Source: Bispira polyomma (lineage: Eukaryota). Taken from it: a stretch of 64,000 nt of DNA. A model generated the notes under the pieces. It was not told the DNA's origin. It did no database searches and was given only the letters and a program-made list of their open reading frames with translations. The stretch spans positions 29,202,001 through 29,266,000 of the forward strand of contig OZ287760.1 in the NCBI GenBank assembly GCA_965649765.1, read 5' to 3'. How positions within the stretch are numbered: the first letter of the stretch is position 1; the number at the start of each line of letters is the position of its first letter. Shown piece after piece: positions 41,105 through 52,721 of this stretch. A program made the position numbers and the translations under genes.

Positions 41105-41330
41105 GATGGTCTGGTAGTTAAAAAGGGCCTGCTAATAATCACTGGTCTCTGTCACCAGGGTGGATTTGAATCGTGTTCGATTCTTCCTATGTGAAAGTTT
41201 GTCAGGAACTAGCCGTAGGTCGGTGGTTTACACAGTACTGCAGCATTGGTTTCTTTCGCCATTAAATCTGTCATGTCGTGGTATTACCTAAGCTGTTGCA
41301 AGCGATGTAAAACCCAACTGCAGTCAAAAT
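41105..41330 (+). mobile_element. SINE family B
   Basis: Head, core and tail match. Confidence 0.75.
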
Positions 41331-43295
41331 TAAAAAAATTATATACACAGATGAGTCCAGATAAGGCTACAGAAGCCCTTTGTTTTTTGCCCTGAATAAT
41401 CTATTTATCTGATAAATCTAACGAGATAAAAGACAGTCTTGACATTAATATATGTCAGGGGGGAACCATTCAAAGTAAATATTGCCCAATTTAAAGGCAG
41501 AGCAAGTGATTCTTTACTGGCAGAGAAACAACTACCCCATTGACTGAATGAATGTATGATGGCACGGGGGAAATAATTGTGGGTCATGGATTTATTGCAA
41601 AACAGAGACGAATTAGTAATTAGTAAACAAAGATTTCTTCTTAAAAGGTGATGACATATGTTACTACAAAAGTAAGCATTTGACAGAGTAGAGCAACAGA
41701 GACCTGTTAAACAGACAAATATATGATTTTTTAAAGGTTAATAAAATATTTCACTTAAAAAGTAAAGCATTTGACAGAGTATATCATAAGAGATAAGGAA
41801 TATTCAAAGATTTTTTAATAAAGGGTAATGATCATTTTTCTGGAAATCATATCTAAACAAAGATATATTGAAGGTGGTCACATATTTACTTTTTCATTCT
41901 TTTACTAGAACCAAAAATTAGGGCAATTAGGGTTGAGCGTCGCTTTCAACACGTCTTGTCTCATATCATGATGAACAGTTTACTGGTGGAGGAAATTAAA
42001 GCAGGGTAGTTGGTCATAAGTTAAAACATAGTCCCTCCACAACTGATGGATATATAGACAGTACTTTTACCCCAGGGAAAGTCACGAGTTGTGTTGTATG
42101 TGTTATATGAGATAGAATTGTCCTCAAGGCTAGTGGGCAGGATGACTTCTCTTTTATGCGGGTCCAGAAGAATTGGGATTTTTTTGTGGGTGTATATAAT
42201 GTTCCCCAAGAGTCTGACCCGATCTCATGTCAAATGTGTATATACACTGTATTCTTAATGTCTATAACGTCTTTTTTTGTAACGTATTTCTGTCAGCTGT
42301 TTGACAGTTCCCAAGAGAATATGTCACACACCCACAATTAGCCTTGTCTTAGACCCTTTCAGTGGTTTAAAACAAATAAAATTAAACATAATTTAGTTGG
42401 GATGACACTTTCAACAGAATTCAACAGCCTAGAACCTCGCCATGTTGGAAAAATTGTCCGATACTAGGTGATGTACACCTGTTATGAACAAAATTGCGGA
42501 ATAACCCCATTTTGCACCTCTGCACCGCCTGCCACTTTCTTGCTCCACCCGGCACCCACTGCACCTCCTGTACCGATTTTTTTCTGGAGGTGCACATCGG
42601 TGCAAATGTTTTATATCTAAAGGGCAAAACATCCAAAATCATATCAGCCTTTCATGAAACCTTTAGAAGAGTTACTTATTTAAGAATGTAAATGTAAATG
42701 CCAGGTTTATAGTTGATATCACCTCTTTTGAGGTCTCAGGCGACTTTACAGTTTACACCTAATAATAGATACCAGCAAAAGCCAGTAACAGGCATTTGAC
42801 TAGGATCCAATCCGCTTAATACTGCTGTAATACTTATAATTTATACACCTGTTATATACTTTACCGGTAGACTTGCATGTGATACTAAATATACAGGGTT
42901 TCGTTCCGGTTTCTTATCTCTCGGGAAGCGGCTCAGTGATTTTTCGTGAGCGATTAGTCCCGCTAACAATTTTGTAAGCCTCGGATTAGGCTAACTCTCC
43001 CATCACCCGTACCAGACACTTCAGTGTCATATATGTATATACACCAAGGAACTAATTAAAATGCAATATACACACATCACATCATTTGTGCTGATTTAGT
43101 TCTAAATACATGGGGGATTTTTCTTTCTTCTTTTTTTTATAGCAAAGAACAAATTAATATCACAAGACTTGTCATATCATTCTCCTCAAACTAATTTTGG
43201 TCTCATTTTTAGATGTAATCACCCTGCCCTTCCCCTCGGCTCCAGTTTTGTGTGTTATATATATGCTATTTCTATTACATTGAAGTCGAATTTTG

Positions 43296-43500
43296 TAGTT
43301 AGTTGAGTTTAACTTCATTTTCAACAGCTTAAGTCAGATTACACAACGTCCAGATTCAATGGTGGAAGAAACCAGTTTTGATGGCACTGTTAACTACAAA
43401 CCTAGGGTACAAACCTGACAAAGCTTTCCCACGTGAACGGACAAGAAGGATTAGAAACCCAAATTGGTGAGAGACCAGTGTTTATGAAGCTAACACTTCT
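43296..43500 (-). mobile_element. SINE family B
   Basis: Antisense match. Confidence 0.7.
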
Positions 43501-46252
43501 TCCCTCATGGTATTGAGAAGGAGTTTTAACTTTTGACAAAACAGTTTATAATTAAAGTAGAGCTGCGCTGGATAGTTGATCTAGATATGTTGCACTGCAA
43601 CCACCAGCCTTAAGCAAGTATACCACCAACATTCTCGCACGCATCCAGTGACCGAGGATCGACTCCTAACTGTGGAGGTATACTACACCATCTCAGGCTC
43701 AAATCAAATGAAGGCTATGTGTAAGTCTTTGTACGCCTATAGTTGTGACCATTCATTTTAATAGAGATTCCAGTACTCAATTTAAATATGCAGTCAAATT
43801 CTGCTCAACTTCATCCTAGCCAGAAATGTGGGTTCAGCTTAAGTTATTTCGAGAATCTTAGTTCTGTGACTGCACCCCTGTAATCTTACAATCCTTTTAT
43901 TACCACACCGAAATTTAGTTTTAGTACATCTAGTTTTCTGTCACGGAATAATGGCTGTCTTTTAATACAGTTTTTTATGTTTGAATATTGAATATACTTC
44001 TGACTGAAGTGAGGCTTGCTAAGGAATGAAGAAAGACTAATGCCTCAACGCCTAATAAAGAACGCCTTAAAAAAGACTAGTATCATTCAAACATATATCT
44101 AAAAATGCTAGGCAGAGACAGAGAGACTATATACCATGGCCTCCTTAGAATATACATGCCCATCAATATCTCTTTTTTTAAAGATATTTTTTTCGTGATT
44201 TGATAGTTTTGTAGGATTCATAGATTTGTTGGTTTTTTTCAGTGAATATCCATTTGAAAATATTACATTGAAAATGAAGTTAAATCTACAGCTTGAAGCT
44301 GAAAACTGAAATGCACGGGTGTTTCAAAAAGGTTGTAACTATATGCTGATGACAAAATGTAATTTATAATGCATAAGTGAAAAAGAAGTGAAATGTACCA
44401 ATGTGTTAAACTTTAAAATGAATGTTGCACGTGTATGCTGATGACAAAATGTCAATACACTGAAACATGCAGTAGGTGACAGTAAGTTCCCATGGTAATA
44501 ATCAGCAATGCTTACAGAACCACATACATACATGATCCCCACAGCCTAGTGGTACATAACAATTTTGGGTGTAGATGTGTTCATGAGGACACTGCTGTGG
44601 CCTGGTGGTCGGAAGTCTTCTCATGTACTGCCTCAAAACCTGTTACTTCCTTTATATAGAAAAGATCGTCAGGTACTTGTCGTAGGCCAATGGTTGGCAG
44701 TGCTTCAGTATTGGGTTCTTCCAGCATTAAATGTGGCTTTCACAATGTAACGTAAGCTGTTGATAATGGCGTAAAACCAAAGATTCAGATGCAACCACAG
44801 CCTTTGCCTTTAAGATACAGGACAGATATATCTGGGCTCAAATTGCTTTTTTAAAATGGTGGTATTCTGTTATTTGCAAGAACTAGGCATAGGATCCTAA
44901 AGAAAATTTTGAGAACGTTGATCAATAGTCATCCTCAAGCCCTCTATCTGCCGTCCATGTCTTCTTTGAGACTGATTTTTCGTCATATACGCATGTCATA
45001 CACAAATGCATGGCAATATTTTGATATATACGCATGACGGATGTTGTTTTCCGTATCTATGGCAACACTAGTATAAGACAGTGATTCTGAGATTTAGTAG
45101 TTATAGCCAACATCAGAAAGTGCAGCTTGCCCATAAGAGAAGGGGAAAGTAGGGGGAGGGGGGATAGATGGGGCAAAAGGGGGTGGAGTTTTGCATCAAC
45201 CCAGCACCCAAAGATAAACTACAAAAAAAAATGCACCCAGTACATTGCGATGTCACGATTCGATACGGCCTATCAATCAGGTCCAAATAACTACCCTTCA
45301 AATTGTCTGTCTCACCCCGCCTTTAATATGACTTATTCCAGTTTTTCCAAAAACTTAAGGGGTTTGAGGTTGATAGAAAACTATGTATTTTAAAAGCTAT
45401 CCTTACAGAAATAAACTAACTAACACAATTATAAACTATGTGATGCCACTGTGAATGTACATTCTAAATATTGATTTGTGGAAAAATTATTAGTAAATAG
45501 TCACATGGGTATTTTATTATTTTAATTTATTTTTTAAATATTTTTAAATATTTATTATTTTGAGTTTAAGTACAAAACTCAAACTCAGAGGTGCACTTTT
45601 CAGGCGGGATTCTGGCCAAAAAGTAGCTGAGATTTCTTTGTTGGGATTTTTGCTTTCTTTTTTTAAAAAAAGAGAGCCTTTTCTGGTGATTCCCTTTTGT
45701 GCCGCCGCTAGCACGCGATATTACAATCGTGTCTATTTGTATATATACATCTTAAAAAAAGAGAAATCTGGCTCACACATATATGATTACACACCCAGGC
45801 TTATTGATGTTATTGTTTACGTTGATTAAGGTTAAATTATGTGATATGGAGGTGTATGTATACACATAGTTTTATATGTAAAATACAAAAGAAAAAAGAA
45901 GCAGAAACCCAAATATATGGAGTGGGAGGAGGAGGCTGGGTTTTTTTTTCACTGACCGATTTTGTTATATATCTGTATGTATGTTGTATTCGTGGAAATG
46001 TTAGGCATTGTAAATTAATTTTTGTTTTTGTAATCTATAAACTAAAGAATGGTAAGTGGAAAATTTAAAATTATAATGACATTTTAGGTATTTTACCTAG
46101 TCAAAATTGGTTCCCAGTATTTTTGACATTGTGCTCACCTACTGAAAACATCATTACCAGTGAAAATTTTAAAATTTGTATTTAAATCTTTTAACTAAAA
46201 AAAAAAACGGTCAGTGAATTTCTTTGAAACTATTGTCAATTAGTGAAATTTA

Positions 46253-46470
46253 ACCTCGGTGGCCTTGTGGTTGAAAAAGTCTGATTTACAATCATTGGTC
46301 TCTCCCCATCAATGTGGGTTTGAATCCTGTTCGTTCCTTCATGTGGGAAGGTTTGTCAGGTACTCGCCACAGGCTGGTGGTTTACATAGTGGCTTTCACC
46401 ACTAGTTTTTCCACCATTGGAATCTGGTCGTTGTCATATGACTTTAAATTAGTGTAAAATCCAGCTAATT
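46253..46470 (+). mobile_element. SINE family B
   Basis: Head, GGGTTTGAATCC B box and core match. Confidence 0.75.
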
Positions 46471-46581
46471 TTTGTTTACCTATACAGCTATTTATGTAAC
46501 GCCTTCAAATGATAAAAAAAGTTTGCATGCAATTTGAGACTTTCGTATGCAGCCTTTGTTTCTGTATTCACGACAAATATA

Positions 46582-47348
46582 TTTAAATTTTTTTTAATTT
46601 GAATATTTAGCGTCCACCCTAGTACCTGTTTAGGTTATATTGGGGCGGGTAGTTAGAAACGCTGGAGGAAACACTGCATACAGTTGATCAAGGTTCTGCA
46701 CTGAAACCAGCGGCCCACAGTAAGGAACTACCACCTTTCTCACATAGGCATCGACGAGAACCCAGGCTGGGGTAATAATGTCAAAGCGCATTACATAACA
46801 GTGATATTCATGACTGTGCTATATCAAATGATAATTATTTGTGTTATTATTATAATAACTAAAGCCACCAACAAAAACAAATATGTGTCCCAATTCCAGA
46901 GGATACAATTTTTGAGGTTGTTACAAATTCCACCTCCCCTTACCAAAAAAAGCCACTCATTCGACGTTATTATGAGTAGTGCATGTATGATTAAAAAGCA
47001 AAAATCTCTAGTGCTGACAAAACAAACAAATTATCAATTACATCCACTGTGAAGTTGGGCATTGGGTTTGATGCAGGCACACATATATTTCCCATATTGT
47101 TGTTTGCTCTAGTTTTTCGAGGGAAGTAAGTAGCCTGGCACTATAGTGAATTTGAATTTAGATATTTAACGTCCACTCTAGTACCTGTTTAGGTTATATT
47201 GGGACGGGTACACAGTAAGGAACTACAGTAAGGAACTACCACCTTTCCAACATAGGCATTGACAGGATTCGAACTCACCCTGCCCAGAGGTGAGAGACCA
47301 GTGATTGTGAAGCGCAATGCTTGCTAACCACTAGGCCATCGCGGTCCC
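46582..47348 (-). mobile_element. Composite SINE family A containing a copy of 38738-~39240
   Basis: SINE 3' half (46582-46756), copied segment, then SINE head (to 47348), all inside TSD TTCACGACAA(A/T)TATA at 46567-46581 and 47349-47363. Confidence 0.85.
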
Positions 47349-48384
47349 TTCACGACAATTATAAAAAGGAACGTTTCGACTGGAAATTAAATTGTAGCTA
47401 AATAACTATTATATACTGAAGATTTCAACTTGTATGGACACTTTTAACAAAAACACAGCCAATATTAATTCCAGTAAAAACTTATCTCAAACAAGAGTTT
47501 GTCTTTTAAAAAAAGACACAGGCGCACAGTATGAGAAATATTATTCCGACAACCCCTTAATTTGGCCGGGTCGATTGCCTCCAACCAATTCATGAAAGGC
47601 CTTCCATATTATTTCCAACACGGCTGAAATATCGGGCTGATGACAGGCCTGATAATATTAAGCTGACACCTCTCAGTTTGGTCGGGTTGATTGTTTTCAA
47701 CGCAGCCGCGCCCTTTTCATAGTGTAAAACAGTATCAGGCCGCGCCTGATAATAATGATAAAATCAGTGGAATTTTCTTCTCACTAAAATTTCCACCTAT
47801 ATGGTATATGTATAGAGGGTTGTGTGCGTGTTATTTGATAACAACAAAGCATTTTTAAGAAAAGCCTCCCTTTTCTGAAGTGACACCTTCAAACAATTAA
47901 CATTTCCTAATTTTATGTAAATATATATTTGTATGTATCGTGTTTTTCAAAAAGTCATTGAGTTCATTTATTTCAGATTTTGACGTATCCCTGCCAGCGA
48001 CCCCTCCCCTACTCCTCTTTTCTTTTTGATGTGTGCAATAGCATAGGACAAGACATATTCGACATGGTTTTTCTTTCTCTCCCTGGGATGGACTTGCATT
48101 GTGGACTGGTAGAAATATGTATTAACTTTTAAAAGAAGGTTTTATCTATGTGCTGACGACAAAATGTGATTTACAATGCATTTTAATCTAAACTCTTTTA
48201 ATTTCATATAGTGTACTGTAAGTGGAAATTTTTGCTTTAGACATACATTTTAGCTATTCGGGTTAATGAGTTGGTGCAATAAAACTTAATTCCCAATGAA
48301 ATTTTTCAACCTAAGTTAATGTTTTAGTCTAGAAAATGTCGGACAGTGAAAATTTATTCCTGCGAATTTCTCAATTTAATTTAA

Positions 48385-48580
48385 AATTAGTCGGCCTTTA
48401 CCTTGCTTTTAACAGCTTAGGTCATATCACGATGGCTAGATTCAATGGTGAAAGCAATGAGTACTGAAGCACTGTAAACCAACGGCCTGTGGCAAGTACC
48501 CTACAAACGTAATTCTAACCCACACTGGTGAGAGGCCATAGACTGTAAAACTAGCACTTCTAAGCACTTGACCACCATTG
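48385..48580 (-). mobile_element. SINE family B
   Basis: Antisense match. Further degraded copies at ~7510-7760, 37990-38230, 39745-39880, 44588-44785, 50335-50490, 51072-51280, 52722-52916, 53250-53450, 55105-55270, 55570-55710 and 56515-56610. Confidence 0.7.
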
Positions 48581-50596
48581 CCCTGGCAAATTTATCAAAA
48601 ACTGTCAAAAATATCAAAATAGTGACATATATCTTTTCAGCTAGTTTGTTCCTCTTCTAGAGTATATGAAATGCTTTCCAAAATAGTAACCAACATGAAA
48701 ATTATAACACAAATCGAACTACAGCACTGTCTTAGTATGCCGAATGCGAATAAACAGAAACGGTCAACTTAAAATCTATTGAAAGATGTTATATACAATA
48801 GCATTCACCCTGGACCATAAAATCTGTCCTTACCTCTTTGTATCAAGAGGAGAATCCATGTATTCCAATATGTCTGAAAAAAAATCTGGTCTAAGCTTAG
48901 AATTTCATAGTTGCACTGTGCATTTGCAACGCGCCTTTTTATGCAAAGCATCTTCTAAAGCGCAACAGAATCAATTACCTAATCGTGAAGTACAAAAACA
49001 TAGTCAGGTCATAAGGAAGAATAGGTGGGGTGTACAGGAAGGAAACTGAGGAGGAGGGGGGGGGTAAGTGATTTGAAGAGATAGGCTTCTAAACCCAGAT
49101 AGTGTTTTTCTTCTACCAATAAACCGCTGGTCACGATATAACACTCAATCATTAAAAGTGACGTTAAACCAAAAATAAATAAATATATTTCTTAGGGGCA
49201 AACAGGGAAAACACTCAGACAAACACTGTTTGTAATATAAAGGATAGGCATTGGAGTTCATATCTGTGTCAAGGCACCGTAGTGCCAAAAACTAATAAAA
49301 AGTCTTGCATACGCCCCTTTAATCTCGGATCCACGTGATAAATTTATGCATATTTCCATGACCTCAAATGATTTTATGCTCCAATGGCTAATGTTCTATA
49401 CCACATGATATGACTGATATACATACAGGGCCTGCAAAAAAGAAGAGCATAACGATAGCTTAGAGTTGTATTGTTTTTGTTATCAGGATTATGCAAAAAC
49501 AACTGAATATATTCTGACCAAACTTTGTGGAATGCTAGGGGTATAAAAAGCCAAGTGTTAACCGTTAAATTTTTGGGTTTTAAATTGCATACCTCCGCTA
49601 AGGCATCATACCAAAGAAACCCAATTTGTTCCAAAATATAAAAGAATTCATTGGCTCATGTCACATCGTTGTTCCTCCACCAAATAATTTAATTTAGAGC
49701 AGTTCAGTACTTTTTGTGCATAGCTTTGGTGACAAACAGACAAATTCGCCAACAAGCCAACAGATTTTTCTCACCACAAACTGAATGTGCACTTTGTCAA
49801 CTTTTTATTTCTTTACACACACTGTACAATTTTGTTCATGATTTTTCTTACAAATGAAGTTGCGTAAATAATAATCAACCCTTGTAAGTTATCTCTTTGC
49901 AATGCACATGCAAAAGGCTTCAAATATATGGGCAGACTCAGACACAGACGTACATTGAGTCATACACCCAACCATACACCCACTCAATCAAACACCTGGA
50001 ACCCTTTTTTAAATCTGGAATAGGACCTATTTGTGGTGGCACCCAATTAAATCTCTTGTTTGGAAAACCTCTATATAAATAATAACAGAAGCACTGGATT
50101 GGTTAAATAGTATGTATCTACAATGCATTGACATGACTATATAACAATTTACTACAAACAGAGATATTTCAAAGTGTAAAGCTATATCCTTTGGCTCCTA
50201 AGTATGTGCATGTTACAAAACCTGTTTTTGCTATGTGATGTGATTTTTCAAAAAGCTGCTCTTTTTTTCCACTTTTTGCATGTTATAAAGAGAGGCTTTT
50301 TTAACTTTTAAAAAAATTAAAAACTAGTTTAGTTTACTTAGTTGGGTTTCACCGCACCTTTGAACAGCTTAGGTCTTATTACGACAGCCAAAATTACCGG
50401 TGGAAGAAGTAAACCACCTGCCTGTGGCACGTAACCCAAATGAAGGATCGAGATCGAACCCATATTTGTTTTTAGTCAGAGGCCATTGATTTAAGGAATA
50501 ACGTATGACAAACCTATTATTATACAGTAATTTTTACTGCTCTTGGAGAAATACGTTTCCAGCTTTATTTACTGCAAAATCACATTATGGAAGGAA

Positions 50597-50860
50597 TTTT
50601 TATTTTTTGAATTGGGATATTTAACGTCCACCCTAGTACCTGTTTAGGTTATATTGGGACGGGTAGTTGTAAACGCTGGAGGAAACATTGCATACAGTTG
50701 ATCAAGGTTCTGCACTGAAACCAGCGGTCCACAGTAAGGAACTACCACCTTTCTCTCATAGGCATCGACGGGAGTCAAACCCACGCCAGCCGACCCCAGA
50801 GGTGAGAGACCAGTGATTGTGAAGCGCAATGCTTGCTAACCACTAGGCTACCGCGGCCCC
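50597..50860 (-). mobile_element. SINE family A, full length
   Basis: TSD CACATTATGGAAGGAA at 50581-50596 and 50861-50876. Confidence 0.9.
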
Positions 50861-51381
50861 CACATTATGGAAGGAACTCTATCCACTGGGCATCAAGCAC
50901 ACTACAGATTAGTCTATGTCTATCTGGTGAATCTTACTGTAATGTTCAGCTAATGAGAATTGCTGACACAGTCGTGTCATGTTAGAATACGAAGCATATG
51001 CATCTATAACCGATTTACATTAAATTTACGTGAAGGGATGGACAATAAGTCATGGATTTAGTTTTGTTTGTGTTGAATTTAGTTCAACTTTACGTCACTT
51101 TCAACAGTGCCGGTCCTTTTGGGATATTGGTGGAATAACCAGTGCTAAAGCATTGTAAACCACCAACCTACGGCATCTGCCTGACAAAACTTTCCTGCAT
51201 GAACCAACAGCTATTGCATCCACAATTGGTGAGAGAGGCCATTGATTCTGAAGCAGTCGCTTTTGTAACCACTAGTGCCAGCACTCCTGTTCAGGTACCA
51301 GAAAAAGGTAAAACAATAGGATTCCTACTTATGATGGCCTAAAATCAGGTAGCTGTGAAACATGAGTGGTCTTTGTTTTTA

Positions 51382-51722
51382 ACAAGACACGGACATGTAC
51401 AGTGTGAAATACACTAACGTTCATATTATTACTATATACTCAGGCCCGCCTAGTACCTCTACAAAAAAAATTTATCTGACACCCCCCTTAGTTTGGACGC
51501 GTTGATTGCCTCCATCCAACCAATCCACGAAGGGCTTACATATTATTTCCAACATGGCGGCTATATCAGGCTGGGACTGATAATCGCCTGATAATATCAA
51601 TCAGACACCCCCTCAGTTTGACCGGGTCACTTGCTATGACCAATGCATGAAGTCCTTATATATCATGCAAAAAGATGGCGGCACCCTTTTTAGAATGAGA
51701 ACAATATCAGGCTGTGCCTTAT
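51382..51722 (+). repeat. Dispersed repeat family E (unclassified non-autonomous element); copies also at ~28235-28400, 39335-39445 (-), 47512-47752 and 61680-61882
   Basis: Shared CTGACACCCCCTCAGTTTGGCCGGGTC, CATATTATTTCCAACATGGCGGC and terminal ATCAGGC...GCCT blocks; internal direct repeat. Confidence 0.75.
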
Positions 51723-52721
51723 GATCAAAATATCTCAAAAACACATACATATGCACTGTGGCTCGCTTATGTAAATCCAAAGTTCCAGTTCTGATGCATA
51801 GCCTTAGGCCAACAAAAAACAACCAACACACAAAACAACACAACACACACACCAGGAGCATGTCTCTCTGTTTGACAGCTCTAGACCACGTGTGTCATAG
51901 TCACACATAATAACAGGTGTTTAATGACACATGTTTTTAGTTACAACACCTCTCTGCATTTATTTACATGTCCAGGCCTAATTAACTTGCACACACACTA
52001 TATTGTATAATATATTCAGATTTACACACACAGAGTGTATAGTAATTCAAAACACAGTCTAAGTCAATAACAATATTTTAAAAGGATGAATGAAATAAAT
52101 GCTGCTGGAGCATGCTATAGTTTTTTTCCACGAAAGTGAGTGGTAATTTACAACTAAGACCCAACATTGTGGTTCGAACCAAGGAGAAAGGGAATATTTT
52201 GTCCCAAATCAACCAGGTAGTATATACCAGAGGGAAGAAAACCAGCAATGATTTGGCAGAAGTTATCACGATAAATTATGTGAGACCTAAAGTTAACCAA
52301 TCCAAGATATCAAAGTAGGTTAAAATTAAAGTATTGAAGCCAAGCATTTTGGCATGCAGTGGAGGTAAAGATAGAAGATAAATATCAATTTAAGACATTG
52401 AATTATTCAAGTTTAAAGCATGTTTAATTTTATTTGGGCAATTTTCATACCTACATAAAAATGTATTGGTATGTTAAAAAATAATATACTACTTGAGGTA
52501 TGAAGAAAAAGTCCCAAGCCCAGTGAGTAAATAAAACAAATATTACACAGTAAGTTATCTCTTTACAATATAGTGTGTTTTATCTGGTTCTTGCTTGTGG
52601 TAGCATTAAAGTGTGTAGTTGACGTCATGTAGTCAAAGCATGCTGTTGAAACTCAAAAATTGGAATTTTCTTTTTAAACGAATTGAAATCATTGAATCAT
52701 ATTGAGTGTTGACATGAATGC

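Noticed and set aside
42480-42690. GC-richer patch with overlapping short ORFs
   Set aside because: No coherent protein; probably a DNA-transposon remnant, but single-copy here so it cannot be classified.
38782-47052. Two near-identical 82/83-aa ORFs (38782-39030 and 46801-47052) suggesting a duplicated gene
   Set aside because: They start at a GTG inside a SINE-C tail and are identical only because of the templated duplication.
29994-50829. Recurring short ORFs containing [16 protein letters not shown]
   Set aside because: Translations of SINE family A, not a protein family.
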